A DNA stretch of 64,000 nt, from NCBI GenBank assembly GCA_964592145.1, contig CAZQBX010000002.1, positions 33,634 to 97,633 on the forward strand, read 5' to 3'. Positions 8,743 to 18,828 of the stretch are shown here, piece after piece (position 1 is the first letter of the stretch; each line of letters opens with the position of its first letter). The notes beneath the pieces were generated by a model. That model was given only the letters and a program-made list of their open reading frames with translations. It was not told the origin of the DNA and ran no database searches. The position numbers and the translations under genes are program-made. The DNA is from an uncultured Ignavibacteria bacterium. GTDB taxonomy: Bacteria; Zixibacteria; MSB-5A5; CAIYYT01.

Positions 8743-10254
8743 TTATTTCACGCCGTAAAGCGGTTTGAACTTCTTCTCGAGATATCCCATCAACGGTTTG
8801 TGGTCGAGCTTCTTACCAGTAACCACTTTGACTAGTTCCTCAGCATGGTACCGCTGACCCTGGCTGTGGATGTTCTTGCGCAGCCAATCGAGCAGCGCCG
8901 AATACTTGCCGGCGGCAAACTGCTCATCGAGGTCGGGGATGTCCTTCTTAGCTTTGGCAAAGAACTGCGCAGCGTAGAGATTGCCTAATGCATAGGTCGG
9001 GAAATATCCGAACAGGCCGGCTGCCCAATGGATATCCTGCAAGCAACCCTGCGAATCCGATTTCGGGGTGATGCCGAAGTACTTGGTAAACTTCTCGTTC
9101 CAGACGGCCGGAAGATCCTTCGGCTTGATTGAGCCGTCAAATATCCCCTGTTCAATCTCAAAGCGGAGAAGTATATGAAGATTGTACGTCACTTCGTCGG
9201 CTTCAACACGGATGAACGATGCCTGGACGTCATTGATGGCGAAATAGAAATCTTCAAACTTCACATCGCCCAGCGCTTCATAGAAGGTCTGTTGAGCCAG
9301 GGGGAAAAAGAATTTCCAGAACGGTTTGGAACGTCCGACCATGTTTTCCCACATCCGCGACTGTGACTCGTGAATTCCGAGACTAACGGCCTCACCCATC
9401 GGCGTGCCGAAGTGTTCCCGCGGTAAGCCGAGTTCATAGAGAGCGTGGCCGGCTTCGTGCATCGTACCGAAAAGTGCCTGTCCGAGATGCTTGGGATTAT
9501 AGCGGGTGGTGATGCGGCAATCGCCGGGGCCGATCCCCGAGCAAAACGGATGCGCTGTGACATCCAAACGACCTTCGCTAAACGGGAAGCCGATCGCGGC
9601 GGCTACTGTTTCACCGAAGATGCGTTGACGATCAATCGAGAATTCGCGTTCGACAATCGAGACATCCGGCTTCTTCGGAGCATTGCGGATCTTTGCCACA
9701 AAATCGACAAGCTCTTTACGAAATTCAGAGAACACTGCCGTAATCGACTTGGCGGTGGCGCCGGGCTCATAGTCATCGATCAAGGCATCGTACGCCACGT
9801 CCTTGTATCCGATCGCCTCGGCATATTGCCGTTTGAGTTCGATCATCTTCTCCAAGTGCGGGAAGAATGATTTGAAATCGTTGTCTCGGCGTGCATTTAC
9901 CCAGACGCTTTGACCAGTCGTTTCGGCGTGGGCAATGGCTTGCACGAGCTTGTTCGGTACTTTGGTTCTTTTGTCATATGCCCGGCGCAGCTCGCGGACA
10001 TTCACAGCTTCCGGCGCCAGCGGATCCTTCGTTACTGGACTGGCTTCTGCGGCTTTCAGTAAGTCACCAACCTTGGGCGCGGTGAACTTTTCGTGCAGAA
10101 GTCCCGCCATATAGGCAAGCTGATTCGCACGGTGCGCGGAGCCGTTGCGAGGCATGTTGACCCGCTCGTCCCAGCCCAGAAGTGCCGCCGTCGAACCGAT
10201 CAATGAAACCTCGTTCATGATCTGTTTAAGTTCAGTCATGGCTTGTTTCGACAT
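8743..10254 (-). CDS. M32 carboxypeptidase (Taq-type)
   Basis: HEXXH zinc site in HEAGHALYE and overall M32 layout (about 500 aa). Confidence 0.88.
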   Translation of the reverse strand: MSKQAMTELKQIMNEVSLIGSTAALLGWDERVNMPRNGSAHRANQLAYMAGLLHEKFTAPKVGDLLKAAEASPVTKDPLAPEAVNVRELRRAYDKRTKVPNKLVQAIAHAETTGQSVWVNARRDNDFKSFFPHLEKMIELKRQYAEAIGYKDVAYDALIDDYEPGATAKSITAVFSEFRKELVDFVAKIRNAPKKPDVSIVEREFSIDRQRIFGETVAAAIGFPFSEGRLDVTAHPFCSGIGPGDCRITTRYNPKHLGQALFGTMHEAGHALYELGLPREHFGTPMGEAVSLGIHESQSRMWENMVGRSKPFWKFFFPLAQQTFYEALGDVKFEDFYFAINDVQASFIRVEADEVTYNLHILLRFEIEQGIFDGSIKPKDLPAVWNEKFTKYFGITPKSDSQGCLQDIHWAAGLFGYFPTYALGNLYAAQFFAKAKKDIPDLDEQFAAGKYSALLDWLRKNIHSQGQRYHAEELVKVVTGKKLDHKPLMGYLEKKFKPLYGVK

Positions 10255-10384
10255 TGATGTATCTCCTCGTAAAACGCGTTAGATCTTATTGAGAATGTCT
10301 ATAATATTATAACATCCTATCCCGTGCGAATCAAGCCTGTCAATGCCGGCTCTGGAACGGGAATCTGGGCAGTTCCGATACAGA

Positions 10385-10720
10385 TTATCGAACCCGGATT
10401 GCATCGGGAAAGTCGCGATAAAGCGCCGACTTGAAGTCGGTAATCGCGGTGAATACATGCCGATGCAGGCGCTCGACTTCGCCATCGCGTGTCGCAACAT
10501 GCTGGAAGGCCTGCTCCAACTGCGCCATATTCTCGGTCACAATCGTGATATTGAATTCTCCGAGTTCGGGTGGTCCCCATCCCAGTTTGCGCCGGGTGAT
10601 TGTATAGCCTTTGAGTCGACCCTGGTCCTGAAGATAGCCGAGGTAGTTTTTCACGTGTTCGCAGAATTCAAGGTCTTTGTGCGATTCCTTGAGGTTGCAC
10701 CAAATCTGATAGTAGTCCAT
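10385..10720 (-). CDS. small conserved hypothetical protein (111 aa)
   Basis: Globular-looking sequence (MDYYQIWCNLKESHKDLEFCEHVKNYLGYLQ...). The overlapping plus-strand ORF 10343-10744 is lower in complexity and looks non-coding. No motif recognised. Confidence 0.5.
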   Translation of the reverse strand: MDYYQIWCNLKESHKDLEFCEHVKNYLGYLQDQGRLKGYTITRRKLGWGPPELGEFNITIVTENMAQLEQAFQHVATRDGEVERLHRHVFTAITDFKSALYRDFPDAIRVR

Positions 10721-10744
10721 AGGTTCTCCTGTGTAATACAGTGA

Positions 10745-11362
10745 CTACGATATCAGATGCCAAAGTGTTACACCGGCCAGGGAATTTGTGTCGACATTCG
10801 CAAAGTAATGACTAATGAGAATCTTGATACCGATCGCGATCAGAATTACCCCACCGACTAATTCCGCCTTTCGGCCAAGGTAGCCTCCCAGTCGTTTTCC
10901 GCAAATCATTCCAACAATCGTGAATGCCAATGCGACCAAGCCGATTACGATGATTGGCGCAATTATGTCGACTTTGAGAAACGCGATACTCAATCCGACG
11001 GCGAAGGCATCGATGCTTGTGGCAATGGAGAGCAGCATCAAGGACCATTTGCGGGTCGGGTCTTTCAACGCTACGTTCAGTTCTTCTTTATGCGAGAATG
11101 ATTCCTGAACCATTTTGACACCGATGACAAGCAGTAATCCGAAGGCAATCCAATGGTCGATGTTCACGATCAGGTACTCGACCTTGGTGCCGAGGTACCA
11201 GCCAATAAGCGGCATCAGCGCCTGAAAGAGACCGAAGTGAAATGACAGGCGGAAGTAATGGCGAAATGTCAGATTTGGTATACGGCAGCCAACTGCGATG
11301 GCGACGGCGAAGGCGTCCATCGCCAACGCTACGGCAATACCTATAACGGTGAGCAGATTCAA
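10745..11362 (-). CDS. mntP: manganese efflux pump MntP (DUF204 family)
   Basis: Duplicated LAMDAFAV.IA.G / SIDAFAVG.S half-motifs and about 6 TM segments. The likely start is the TTG at 11362 (LNLLTVIGIAVALAMDAFAV); the ORF-track start at 11455 adds a 31-aa non-MntP extension. Confidence 0.8.
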   Translation of the reverse strand: MNLLTVIGIAVALAMDAFAVAIAVGCRIPNLTFRHYFRLSFHFGLFQALMPLIGWYLGTKVEYLIVNIDHWIAFGLLLVIGVKMVQESFSHKEELNVALKDPTRKWSLMLLSIATSIDAFAVGLSIAFLKVDIIAPIIVIGLVALAFTIVGMICGKRLGGYLGRKAELVGGVILIAIGIKILISHYFANVDTNSLAGVTLWHLIS

Positions 11363-11598
11363 ATCGTGGTGTCCGTGGCGTCGCGGTTGATCATTGTCAT
11401 ACCCAGCGATTATAGCACAGCAACCGCGAAAATAATACCGGAATTCTATGTTCAACTCATCATGGTAAGAAGGTTGATTTTCCCTTTGAAAAATGCCTGA
11501 TTTTGTTATCTTCGCGGTTCAGCGGCTGCGTGAAATGCGCTGGATAGGACACGTTTTGTCCGCTGGAAACTAGTAGTCACTGATTGATAGGTTAGAGG

Positions 11599-13425
11599 AT
11601 GAAACCGTTTTCACAATTACGACGCACCCATACCTGCGGTGAACTCCGCAAAGGACACGCCGGCTCAAGCATCACACTCAATGGCTGGGTAAAAAAGTAC
11701 CGCAACCACGGCGGCATCTTGTTCGTCGATCTGCGCGACCGCTATGGCGTCACGCAAGTGGTGTTTCATCCCGACAACTTCTCCGCAGAGAAGATGGAAA
11801 TTGCTTCGCACCTCCGCGGGGAGTTTGTAATCAGTGTCACTGGAAATGTCGTTAAACGCCCGGAAGGCATGATCAATCCAAATCTCGCGACCGGCGACAT
11901 CGAGGTCGACGCCAAAGATTTCGAACTTTTGGCCGAGTCGGAGACTCCGCCGTTTGAGATCGAAGAGGACACCACTGCCAACGAAGACCTGAGACTGACC
12001 TATCGTTATCTTGATCTCCGGCGCCGCTTTCTCGCCGACAAGATCGAGATGCGCCACCGGTTTGCATTTGCAGTGCGGCAGTATTTGCATGAGCAGAAAT
12101 TCCTTGAGATTGAGACCCCGCTGTTGATGCGCTCGACACCGGAAGGAGCACGCGATTATGTTGTGCCTTCGCGCGTACATCCCGGCAAGTTCTATGCCCT
12201 GCCACAGTCGCCGCAATTGTTCAAGCAAATTCTGATGATATCCGGCTTTGACCGCTATTTTCAACTTGCGCGGTGCCTGCGCGATGAAGATTTGCGTGCC
12301 GACCGCCAGCCGGAGCATACACAGATCGATTTGGAGATGTCCTTCGTCACACAAGACGATATCTTCGCAATGGTCGAAGGGATGATGAAATACTCTTTCA
12401 AAGAGACCCTTGGTGTTGATATCGAAACACCATTTCCACGCTATCCCTATGATCAGATCATGAGCGAGTACGGTTCCGACAAACCGGATCGGCGATTTGA
12501 AATGAAGCTGATCGATTTCTCGGACGTATTTGTTGGATCGGAATTCAAGGTATTTGCCGAGGCTTTGGCCTCGGGAGGAGTGGTCAAAGGAGTGATCGCT
12601 CCGGGACAAGCCGGGCTATCTCGCAAACAACTTGAGGAGATCGAAGACGAGGCGAAGCTCGCCGGCGCGAAAGGTCTCGCCTGGATAGCGTTTGCAGAAG
12701 AAGTCAAGTCGCCGATCAAGAAGTTCCTGACTGATGAAGTCGTGAAGAAACTTCGCGAAATCGGACACATCAAGGATGGTGACCTGCTGATGTTAGGCGC
12801 CGGCAAAAAATTACCCACCGAGGGAATACTCGGGCGGGTTCGCAGTTACTGCGGTAAGAAATTCGGAATGATAGATAAGTCGAAGTACTCATTCCTCTGG
12901 GTAACGGAGTTTCCGTTGTTTGAGTATCATTCTGATCTTGGCAGGTTTGATGCCATGCATAACATTGTCACTTCGCCGCGCGAAGCGGATATGGGTCTTC
13001 TGGAAGAAGGATTCACAACTTCAACGCCATTGAGCGATCCTAATCATCCGTGGGCAAAAGTGCGAGCGAATCAGTATGATTTGGTCTGTAACGGGTTTGA
13101 GTTGGCGTCAGGCGGTATTCGCAACCACCGCTCCGATATGCAGAAGAAGATACTCAATATCCTCGGAATGGATGATGCTCGAGCTGACCGGATGTTCGGA
13201 TTCCTTCTGACGGCGCTCAAGTATGGCGCCCCGCCGCACGGAGGGATGGGACTGGGCCTTGATCGAATTGTCGGAATTATGACTGATTCCGATTCGTTGC
13301 GGGATGTCATCGCTTTCCCGAAAACGACAGCGGCGCAGTCACTTATGGATGGTTCGCCAACGGAGATCGAACCTGAGCAGCTGGCGGAACTGTCACTGGC
13401 AATTAGTATTGACAAGAAGAAGTAA
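11599..13425 (+). CDS. aspS: aspartate--tRNA ligase
   Basis: Class II aaRS motifs (FRDEDLRADRQPEHTQIDLEMSF, GGIRNHR) and N-terminal OB fold (GWVKKYRNHGGILFVDLRDRYG). Confidence 0.95.
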   Translation: MKPFSQLRRTHTCGELRKGHAGSSITLNGWVKKYRNHGGILFVDLRDRYGVTQVVFHPDNFSAEKMEIASHLRGEFVISVTGNVVKRPEGMINPNLATGDIEVDAKDFELLAESETPPFEIEEDTTANEDLRLTYRYLDLRRRFLADKIEMRHRFAFAVRQYLHEQKFLEIETPLLMRSTPEGARDYVVPSRVHPGKFYALPQSPQLFKQILMISGFDRYFQLARCLRDEDLRADRQPEHTQIDLEMSFVTQDDIFAMVEGMMKYSFKETLGVDIETPFPRYPYDQIMSEYGSDKPDRRFEMKLIDFSDVFVGSEFKVFAEALASGGVVKGVIAPGQAGLSRKQLEEIEDEAKLAGAKGLAWIAFAEEVKSPIKKFLTDEVVKKLREIGHIKDGDLLMLGAGKKLPTEGILGRVRSYCGKKFGMIDKSKYSFLWVTEFPLFEYHSDLGRFDAMHNIVTSPREADMGLLEEGFTTSTPLSDPNHPWAKVRANQYDLVCNGFELASGGIRNHRSDMQKKILNILGMDDARADRMFGFLLTALKYGAPPHGGMGLGLDRIVGIMTDSDSLRDVIAFPKTTAAQSLMDGSPTEIEPEQLAELSLAISIDKKK

Positions 13426-13554
13426 TCACGTACATTTTAGCGCCCTCAATTGACAAATTCGGATTGAGGAACGTATTCACGTTGGTCACGTTCGGATCGA
13501 ACGTGACAACGTATTTATGGCATAATTCTCGGATGTCGAGGTACTAAGAACCGT

Positions 13555-14514
13555 TTGAGTGAACCACTTGAAAAGAAGATCGAGCTGAAGAGTGTCGATC
13601 CCCGCACCCTGTTTACAGGCAATAATAATCTGCTCAAAACCATTGAAGCCAGCTTTGATGTTCAAATCGTTGCCCGTGGAGATGCAATTTCAATTACCGG
13701 GCCAGAAGCCGCGCAAGCCGAAACCCTGTTTTTTGATTTGTTCGAACGGCTTCAGCGTCAGGGCGAAATTTCGGAACAATATCTGCATTACGCAATTTCC
13801 CAAATCAAAGAATCGGGTCAAGGTCCGGCGACCGAGTTAGATATTTCTACCGCTCTTTCGAGCATTGTCAAAGCGGATATCCGGCCGAAGACAATCGGTC
13901 AGCGGGAATATATCGAGGCGATTGAGAAGCATGACATTGTATTCGGGATCGGTCCAGCCGGCACTGGAAAGACCTATCTCGCTGTGGCTGAAGCGGTTGC
14001 TGGACTCAAAGGTAAACTGTACAATCGAATTATTCTCGTCCGCCCTGCAGTTGAAGCTGGCGAGTCACTGGGATTCTTGCCCGGTGATATCCGCGCCAAA
14101 GTTGATCCGTATCTTCGACCGGTTTATGATGCTTTACATGACATGCTTCCTGCCGATAAGATAAAGAAGCTGATGGAATTAGGTGTAATTGAGATTGTAC
14201 CCTTAGCGTTCATGCGCGGACGTACCCTCAATACAGCGTTTGTCATCTTGGATGAGTCGCAAAACACCACCATTGCCCAGATGAAGATGTTCCTGACGCG
14301 CATTGGTGAAGGATCCAAGGCAGTCATTACCGGCGACGTCACGCAAATCGACCTCGACAGAAAGCGACTTTCAGGATTGGTTGCCATTCAGAAAATCCTC
14401 AAGGACATTCCCGAGATCAAGTTCTCCTACTTGACCGACAAGGACGTAGTGCGTCACCGCCTGGTGAAGCAGATCATTCGCGCTTTCGATCGCTACGAGA
14501 CCGGACAGAAATAG
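13555..14514 (+). CDS. phoH: PhoH-family ATPase (YbeZ-like)
   Basis: Walker A GPAGTGKTYLAVA, TTG start, first gene of the conserved phoH-HD-ybeY-corC operon. Confidence 0.9.
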   Translation: MSEPLEKKIELKSVDPRTLFTGNNNLLKTIEASFDVQIVARGDAISITGPEAAQAETLFFDLFERLQRQGEISEQYLHYAISQIKESGQGPATELDISTALSSIVKADIRPKTIGQREYIEAIEKHDIVFGIGPAGTGKTYLAVAEAVAGLKGKLYNRIILVRPAVEAGESLGFLPGDIRAKVDPYLRPVYDALHDMLPADKIKKLMELGVIEIVPLAFMRGRTLNTAFVILDESQNTTIAQMKMFLTRIGEGSKAVITGDVTQIDLDRKRLSGLVAIQKILKDIPEIKFSYLTDKDVVRHRLVKQIIRAFDRYETGQK

Positions 14515-14517
14515 TCT

Positions 14518-16740
14518 ATGTTTAATCTCCTCCGCATAGGGATGCGGAAGGTGCGCCGGCGTATCCGCAAGGAACGAGCGACGCACGGGCAGTCAGGCGC
14601 CAGTCGTTTCTGGTTGGTGCTGATTATCGCTTTCGCCATTGTATTCACATCATTCCTGTTTCCAATGGCTCATGTATTCTCCCCGCCGTCGACGCCGCAG
14701 GTAGGCGATATCGCGACCGAGGACATTCTTGCCCCATTTGAATTTCCGGTTTACAAGAGCGAAGCTGAACTGGAGTTTGAACGGCGTGAAGTGATTGGCT
14801 CATTGCCGGCTGTGATGATTTATGATGAGGCAAAGGTTGATTCAGCTTTTCGTGCCTTAGACCGGTTGTTCTTTCTCGCAGACAGCGTCAAGCAACGAAT
14901 CAAGAATATTGAAAGAGGCGCCGACCGGCTCCGGTTGTTTTATCCACGACTCAAGGAAAGCATCCTGCGCCGGATGGTTGCTGCCGACAGCCTGCAGCAA
15001 AAGAAACGGATTATCCGCAACGCTCTTGAAGATCGCTATCTCGTTGGTGTGGCGGTGGCCGACACAGCTGTACCCTCGAACTACCAGACGGCCCAGATCA
15101 ATCGGAATACGCGGAACTCTTTGTATGCCGCCGACCAAATTCGCGGTTTGGCGGAGAATCGCCGGGAACTTGAGGCCGATCTTAGCCTTCATGCGGAAGA
15201 GGCTCACATTCGCGCAACCTGGCTCTACGACATTGCGGTCGAATTCCTCGTACCGAATCTGACCTATTCGCCTGAAGAAACGACGCGGAAGCGCGAAGAA
15301 GCTCTGGCCGCAATTTCGCAGGAACGAATCTGGTTCAAGGCGGGGCAGCGCATCATAGCCAAGAATGAGCCGGTGACCAAGACACATCTCGATTGGCTCA
15401 ATGCGTTGGCGGAACATCGTTCGGTTACGGGAGCAAAAGCCGGATTACTTCAATACTTGCTGCCGATCATTGCCCGCTTCCTTTTTGTGTCGTTTGTGTT
15501 CTTGAGCTTTCTGTTCGCCTATTATGCGATGCGAGGCAAAGATGACTTTGTCCTGATCAGAGTCTTTCCGCTGCTGCTGGTGATATTAGTGACAGTGGTA
15601 GCCGGCTATTTGATCACTGAGCAGACCGGTCTCACCGAGTACCTCATTCCGGTTTCTGCCGGCATCATTCTCGTAGCAATTCTGTACGATTTTTCGACCG
15701 CCGTGTTGGTCACACTAACCGAGGCCGTTTTGTTCGGAATACTATACCAATTCAATTTTGAGATAAGTTTCATCATAGTCGTGTCTGGGCTGGTTTCGGC
15801 CTTTACAATGCAGAAGGTGAAGAAGCGGTCAGACTTCTATCGCGGAGCCCTTTACATTTCCATAGCGTTGGCGGCTACGGCTTACCTGCTGGAGTCGTTG
15901 AAATTTGCTGCCGGTGAGTTTGTACTTCAACAATGCGGTTATTCGCTGATCAATGCCGCCGCCTCGTCGTTTATTGCGATGGCGGTGTTGCCGCTGTTTG
16001 AATCGTTCTTTTCGTTTACGACAAACATCACCTTGCTGGAACTGTCTGATATGAATCACCCGCTCCTGAAGAGATTGGCGCTGGAATCGCCCGGTACCTA
16101 CCACCACTCGCTGGTGATTGGCAGTTTATGCGAAGCGGCGGCGGAGGCGATCGGAGCCAATTCGCTGTTGGCTCGAATCGGGGCGTATTATCACGACGTC
16201 GGCAAAATGGAAATTCCCGAGTACTTCGTTGAGAATCAGATGGGGTTGCGCAGTAAACACGAAGAGCTGTCACCGACGATGTCGGCGATTGTAATTAAGT
16301 CACATATTACGCGTGGACGCGAACTGGCCGAAGAAAACGACTTGCCTGACCGAATCATTGCCTTTATCGAGGAGCATCACGGGACGTCGCTGATGTCGTT
16401 CTTCTACAATAAAGCCAAGGAACTGCGACCGGATGAAGAGGTCTCCGATGCGGAATTCCGGTACCCGGGTCCGAAACCGCAATCGCGGGAAACTGCAATC
16501 TTGATGCTCGCTGACGTCGTGGAAGCGGCTTCTCGAACTCTGGATGACCCAAAACCGGCGCGAATCCGCAACTTGATCCGGCGCCTGATAACCGACAAAT
16601 TTCAATCGGGTCAGTTATCCGAATCGACACTGACTCTGAATGATTTGCAGGGAATCGAAGATGCCTTTGCGAAAGTCTTGATGGGCGCTTTCCACACCAG
16701 GGTCGATTATCCCACCCGTGAAGAAGAAAAGCCTGCTTGA
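14518..16740 (+). CDS. pgpH: 7TM receptor with intracellular HD hydrolase (PgpH/YqfF family)
   Basis: N-terminal extracellular region, 7 TM helices, C-terminal HD domain (HSLVIGSLCEAAAE...YYHDVGK...EHHG). Confidence 0.88.
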   Translation: MFNLLRIGMRKVRRRIRKERATHGQSGASRFWLVLIIAFAIVFTSFLFPMAHVFSPPSTPQVGDIATEDILAPFEFPVYKSEAELEFERREVIGSLPAVMIYDEAKVDSAFRALDRLFFLADSVKQRIKNIERGADRLRLFYPRLKESILRRMVAADSLQQKKRIIRNALEDRYLVGVAVADTAVPSNYQTAQINRNTRNSLYAADQIRGLAENRRELEADLSLHAEEAHIRATWLYDIAVEFLVPNLTYSPEETTRKREEALAAISQERIWFKAGQRIIAKNEPVTKTHLDWLNALAEHRSVTGAKAGLLQYLLPIIARFLFVSFVFLSFLFAYYAMRGKDDFVLIRVFPLLLVILVTVVAGYLITEQTGLTEYLIPVSAGIILVAILYDFSTAVLVTLTEAVLFGILYQFNFEISFIIVVSGLVSAFTMQKVKKRSDFYRGALYISIALAATAYLLESLKFAAGEFVLQQCGYSLINAAASSFIAMAVLPLFESFFSFTTNITLLELSDMNHPLLKRLALESPGTYHHSLVIGSLCEAAAEAIGANSLLARIGAYYHDVGKMEIPEYFVENQMGLRSKHEELSPTMSAIVIKSHITRGRELAEENDLPDRIIAFIEEHHGTSLMSFFYNKAKELRPDEEVSDAEFRYPGPKPQSRETAILMLADVVEAASRTLDDPKPARIRNLIRRLITDKFQSGQLSESTLTLNDLQGIEDAFAKVLMGAFHTRVDYPTREEEKPA

Positions 16741-17171
16741 TGCCGCTGATTACGATACATAACAGCGTCCCGAATACTCGCGTGGCCCGCAAGAGTTTGA
16801 CGCAGTTGGCGCAGATCGTGCTCAAGGGCGAACGCTGCCGCAAAAATGTGAACTTGATTTTTGTCGATGACAGTCGTATGTATGAACTCAACCGCGAGTT
16901 TCGCGGAAAGGAGAAAACAACCGACGTATTGTCATTTGCTATGGAAGACGACGACGATCCCCTATTAGGAGAGATATACATCTCGATTCCTGAAGCTCGC
17001 CGCAACGCCCGCGAGTACGGAATCACTCTCACACGTGAAATTCACAAGCTCTTCTGCCATGGATTATTGCATCTGCAGGGAATTCATCATCCCACGCCGC
17101 AGAAGCGGGCGATCATGGCCGCCAAGGAAGACAAGTATCTGGCGTTACTTGATACCGGAGGTCGGCGATGA
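16737..17171 (+). CDS. ybeY: rRNA maturation endoribonuclease YbeY
   Basis: HGLLHLQGIHH metal-binding motif; ATGA overlap with pgpH. Confidence 0.92.
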   Translation: MMPLITIHNSVPNTRVARKSLTQLAQIVLKGERCRKNVNLIFVDDSRMYELNREFRGKEKTTDVLSFAMEDDDDPLLGEIYISIPEARRNAREYGITLTREIHKLFCHGLLHLQGIHHPTPQKRAIMAAKEDKYLALLDTGGRR

Positions 17172-18445
17172 TTTATATTGCCGCCTTCTTCGCCATCTTG
17201 ATTCTGTACTACTTGTCTTATGTGTTTGCTGTCGCAGCCGGCGGGCTGTACTTATCCGACAACGACGAAAAACGGTTCCTCGAGTCACTTCCTGAAAAGA
17301 AAAAGCGAACGGTACAGGGTTTAATTGAAAACCTGAAACGCCTGGCGGTCACCGCCACGCTGATTCAGTCGGGTTCGTTGATTGTTTCGACAATCTTGTG
17401 GTTCTTGATTGGTTCAAGCTTCGAAGTGCCGAATCTTCAGAAGTATGCCATTGAAGTTGCGTTGATAATCATCGGCTGGTTTGTATACACAACGTTGGTA
17501 GCGGTAATCGCGCCGAACCTTAAGCAGGAACGTGAGCTTGATATCATTGCGTCGAAGGCCTGGCTGCTGCAGGGATTTGTGGCATTGGCTTCGCCGGCGG
17601 TGTCTTCCATCATCAAGTTCAAGAGCAGCCTGATTGACAAGCAGGATCTTGATGAACGTAAAGAAGAGATCGTCGAACGGGCGATTGAAGAACTGGCGGA
17701 TTCAGCGGGTATCGATGAGCCGATGATGGAGTCGAATGTTCGTGATATGATTGTCAATGTGTTCGATTTAGCCGACTCGGAAGTTCGCGAAGTCATGATC
17801 CCCCGAATTGAAATCAAGTTTCTTGAAGCCGGCGCCAGTTTCGCCGAAGTTCGCGAAATCGTAGCAGAAACCGGCTATTCACGCTTACCGGTGTGTAAGA
17901 ACGGAATCGATAACATTGTAGGAATTCTGCACGTGAAAGACTTGTTCAAACAGTCTCCGCTGCCCTCGGCAGACTGCGATGTCACCGGTATTGCACGGCC
18001 GGCACTGTTTGTTCCGGAAAGTAAGCAGTTATCGAAGTTGCTTGAAGAGTTCAAGGTCCAGAAGATCCATATGGCGATTGTGGTCGATGAGTATGGCGGC
18101 ACCGCCGGACTTGTGACTCTTGAGGACCTGCTGGAATTGATTGTCGGCGACATACAAGACGAGCACGACGCGGAGGAAGCCGACATTGTCAAGGTTTCAG
18201 ATACCGAGTATGTGGTATCTGCGAATCTTTCGATGTATGACTTGTCCGATCAACTAGACCTAAAATTGCAGGAAAGAGAATTCGAGACAGTTGGCGGCTA
18301 CATCTACGATCTTGTAGGTTCGCTGCCTGATATCGGCCAAAGAGTCGCCGCCGACGGCATCGAATTCGTCGTCGAGCGTGTCAATGGCCAACGCATCGAA
18401 AAAGTCCGTGTCATCCTACCCAAGCCGGAAGAACAGCAAGTCTGA
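17168..18445 (+). CDS. CorC/TlyC-family protein (DUF21 + tandem CBS + CorC_HlyC)
   Basis: N-terminal 4-TM DUF21, tandem CBS pair, C-terminal transporter-associated domain; ATGA overlap with ybeY. Confidence 0.88.
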   Translation: MIYIAAFFAILILYYLSYVFAVAAGGLYLSDNDEKRFLESLPEKKKRTVQGLIENLKRLAVTATLIQSGSLIVSTILWFLIGSSFEVPNLQKYAIEVALIIIGWFVYTTLVAVIAPNLKQERELDIIASKAWLLQGFVALASPAVSSIIKFKSSLIDKQDLDERKEEIVERAIEELADSAGIDEPMMESNVRDMIVNVFDLADSEVREVMIPRIEIKFLEAGASFAEVREIVAETGYSRLPVCKNGIDNIVGILHVKDLFKQSPLPSADCDVTGIARPALFVPESKQLSKLLEEFKVQKIHMAIVVDEYGGTAGLVTLEDLLELIVGDIQDEHDAEEADIVKVSDTEYVVSANLSMYDLSDQLDLKLQEREFETVGGYIYDLVGSLPDIGQRVAADGIEFVVERVNGQRIEKVRVILPKPEEQQV

Positions 18446-18621
18446 AGCAGAGATAGAAGCGGCGCACCAGACCTTTCTCTCTCCAAACTTTTGTGAGTTT
18501 TCGATTTCTATGTGGCAATAATGTGCTCGCATTCACTGAGGTAGATGAAGGACAAGCAGGCTCCAGCCGCTATTGGTATAATTGGTGGAGGATCTGCCCA
18601 GCCAATCAAGAATGGGGAGAA

Positions 18622-18828
18622 TTACGACCGGCCGGAGGTGCTATGCCGACGTATCATTTCCTGATAGGCTGGAAGATCCCACAGCGGCTTGAATTCCTCG
18701 TTCAACTTGAAGTCATTTGTCGTGAGACCTGATTCAATTGACAGGAGATAGTCGAGTCGTTCGATTGCCTCTTCGTACCGTCCACACATCACGTAAATGT
18801 TGGCCATGACCATGACCATTGAAGGTCC
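18622..18828 (-). pseudogene. in-frame continuation of the kinase-TPR gene beyond the TGA (possible nonsense-interrupted C-terminus)
   Basis: Same frame as the kinase. The 65 codons after the TGA read as TPR-like sequence with a family-typical tail: ANIYVMCGRYEEAIERLDYLLS...FKPLWDLPAYQEMIRRH. Confidence 0.5.

Noticed and set aside
18805-18819. catgaccatgaccat short tandem repeat; possible CRISPR or minisatellite
   Set aside because: Only 2.5 copies of a 6-mer, inside coding sequence. It is noted only as a possible slippage site in the kinase finding.
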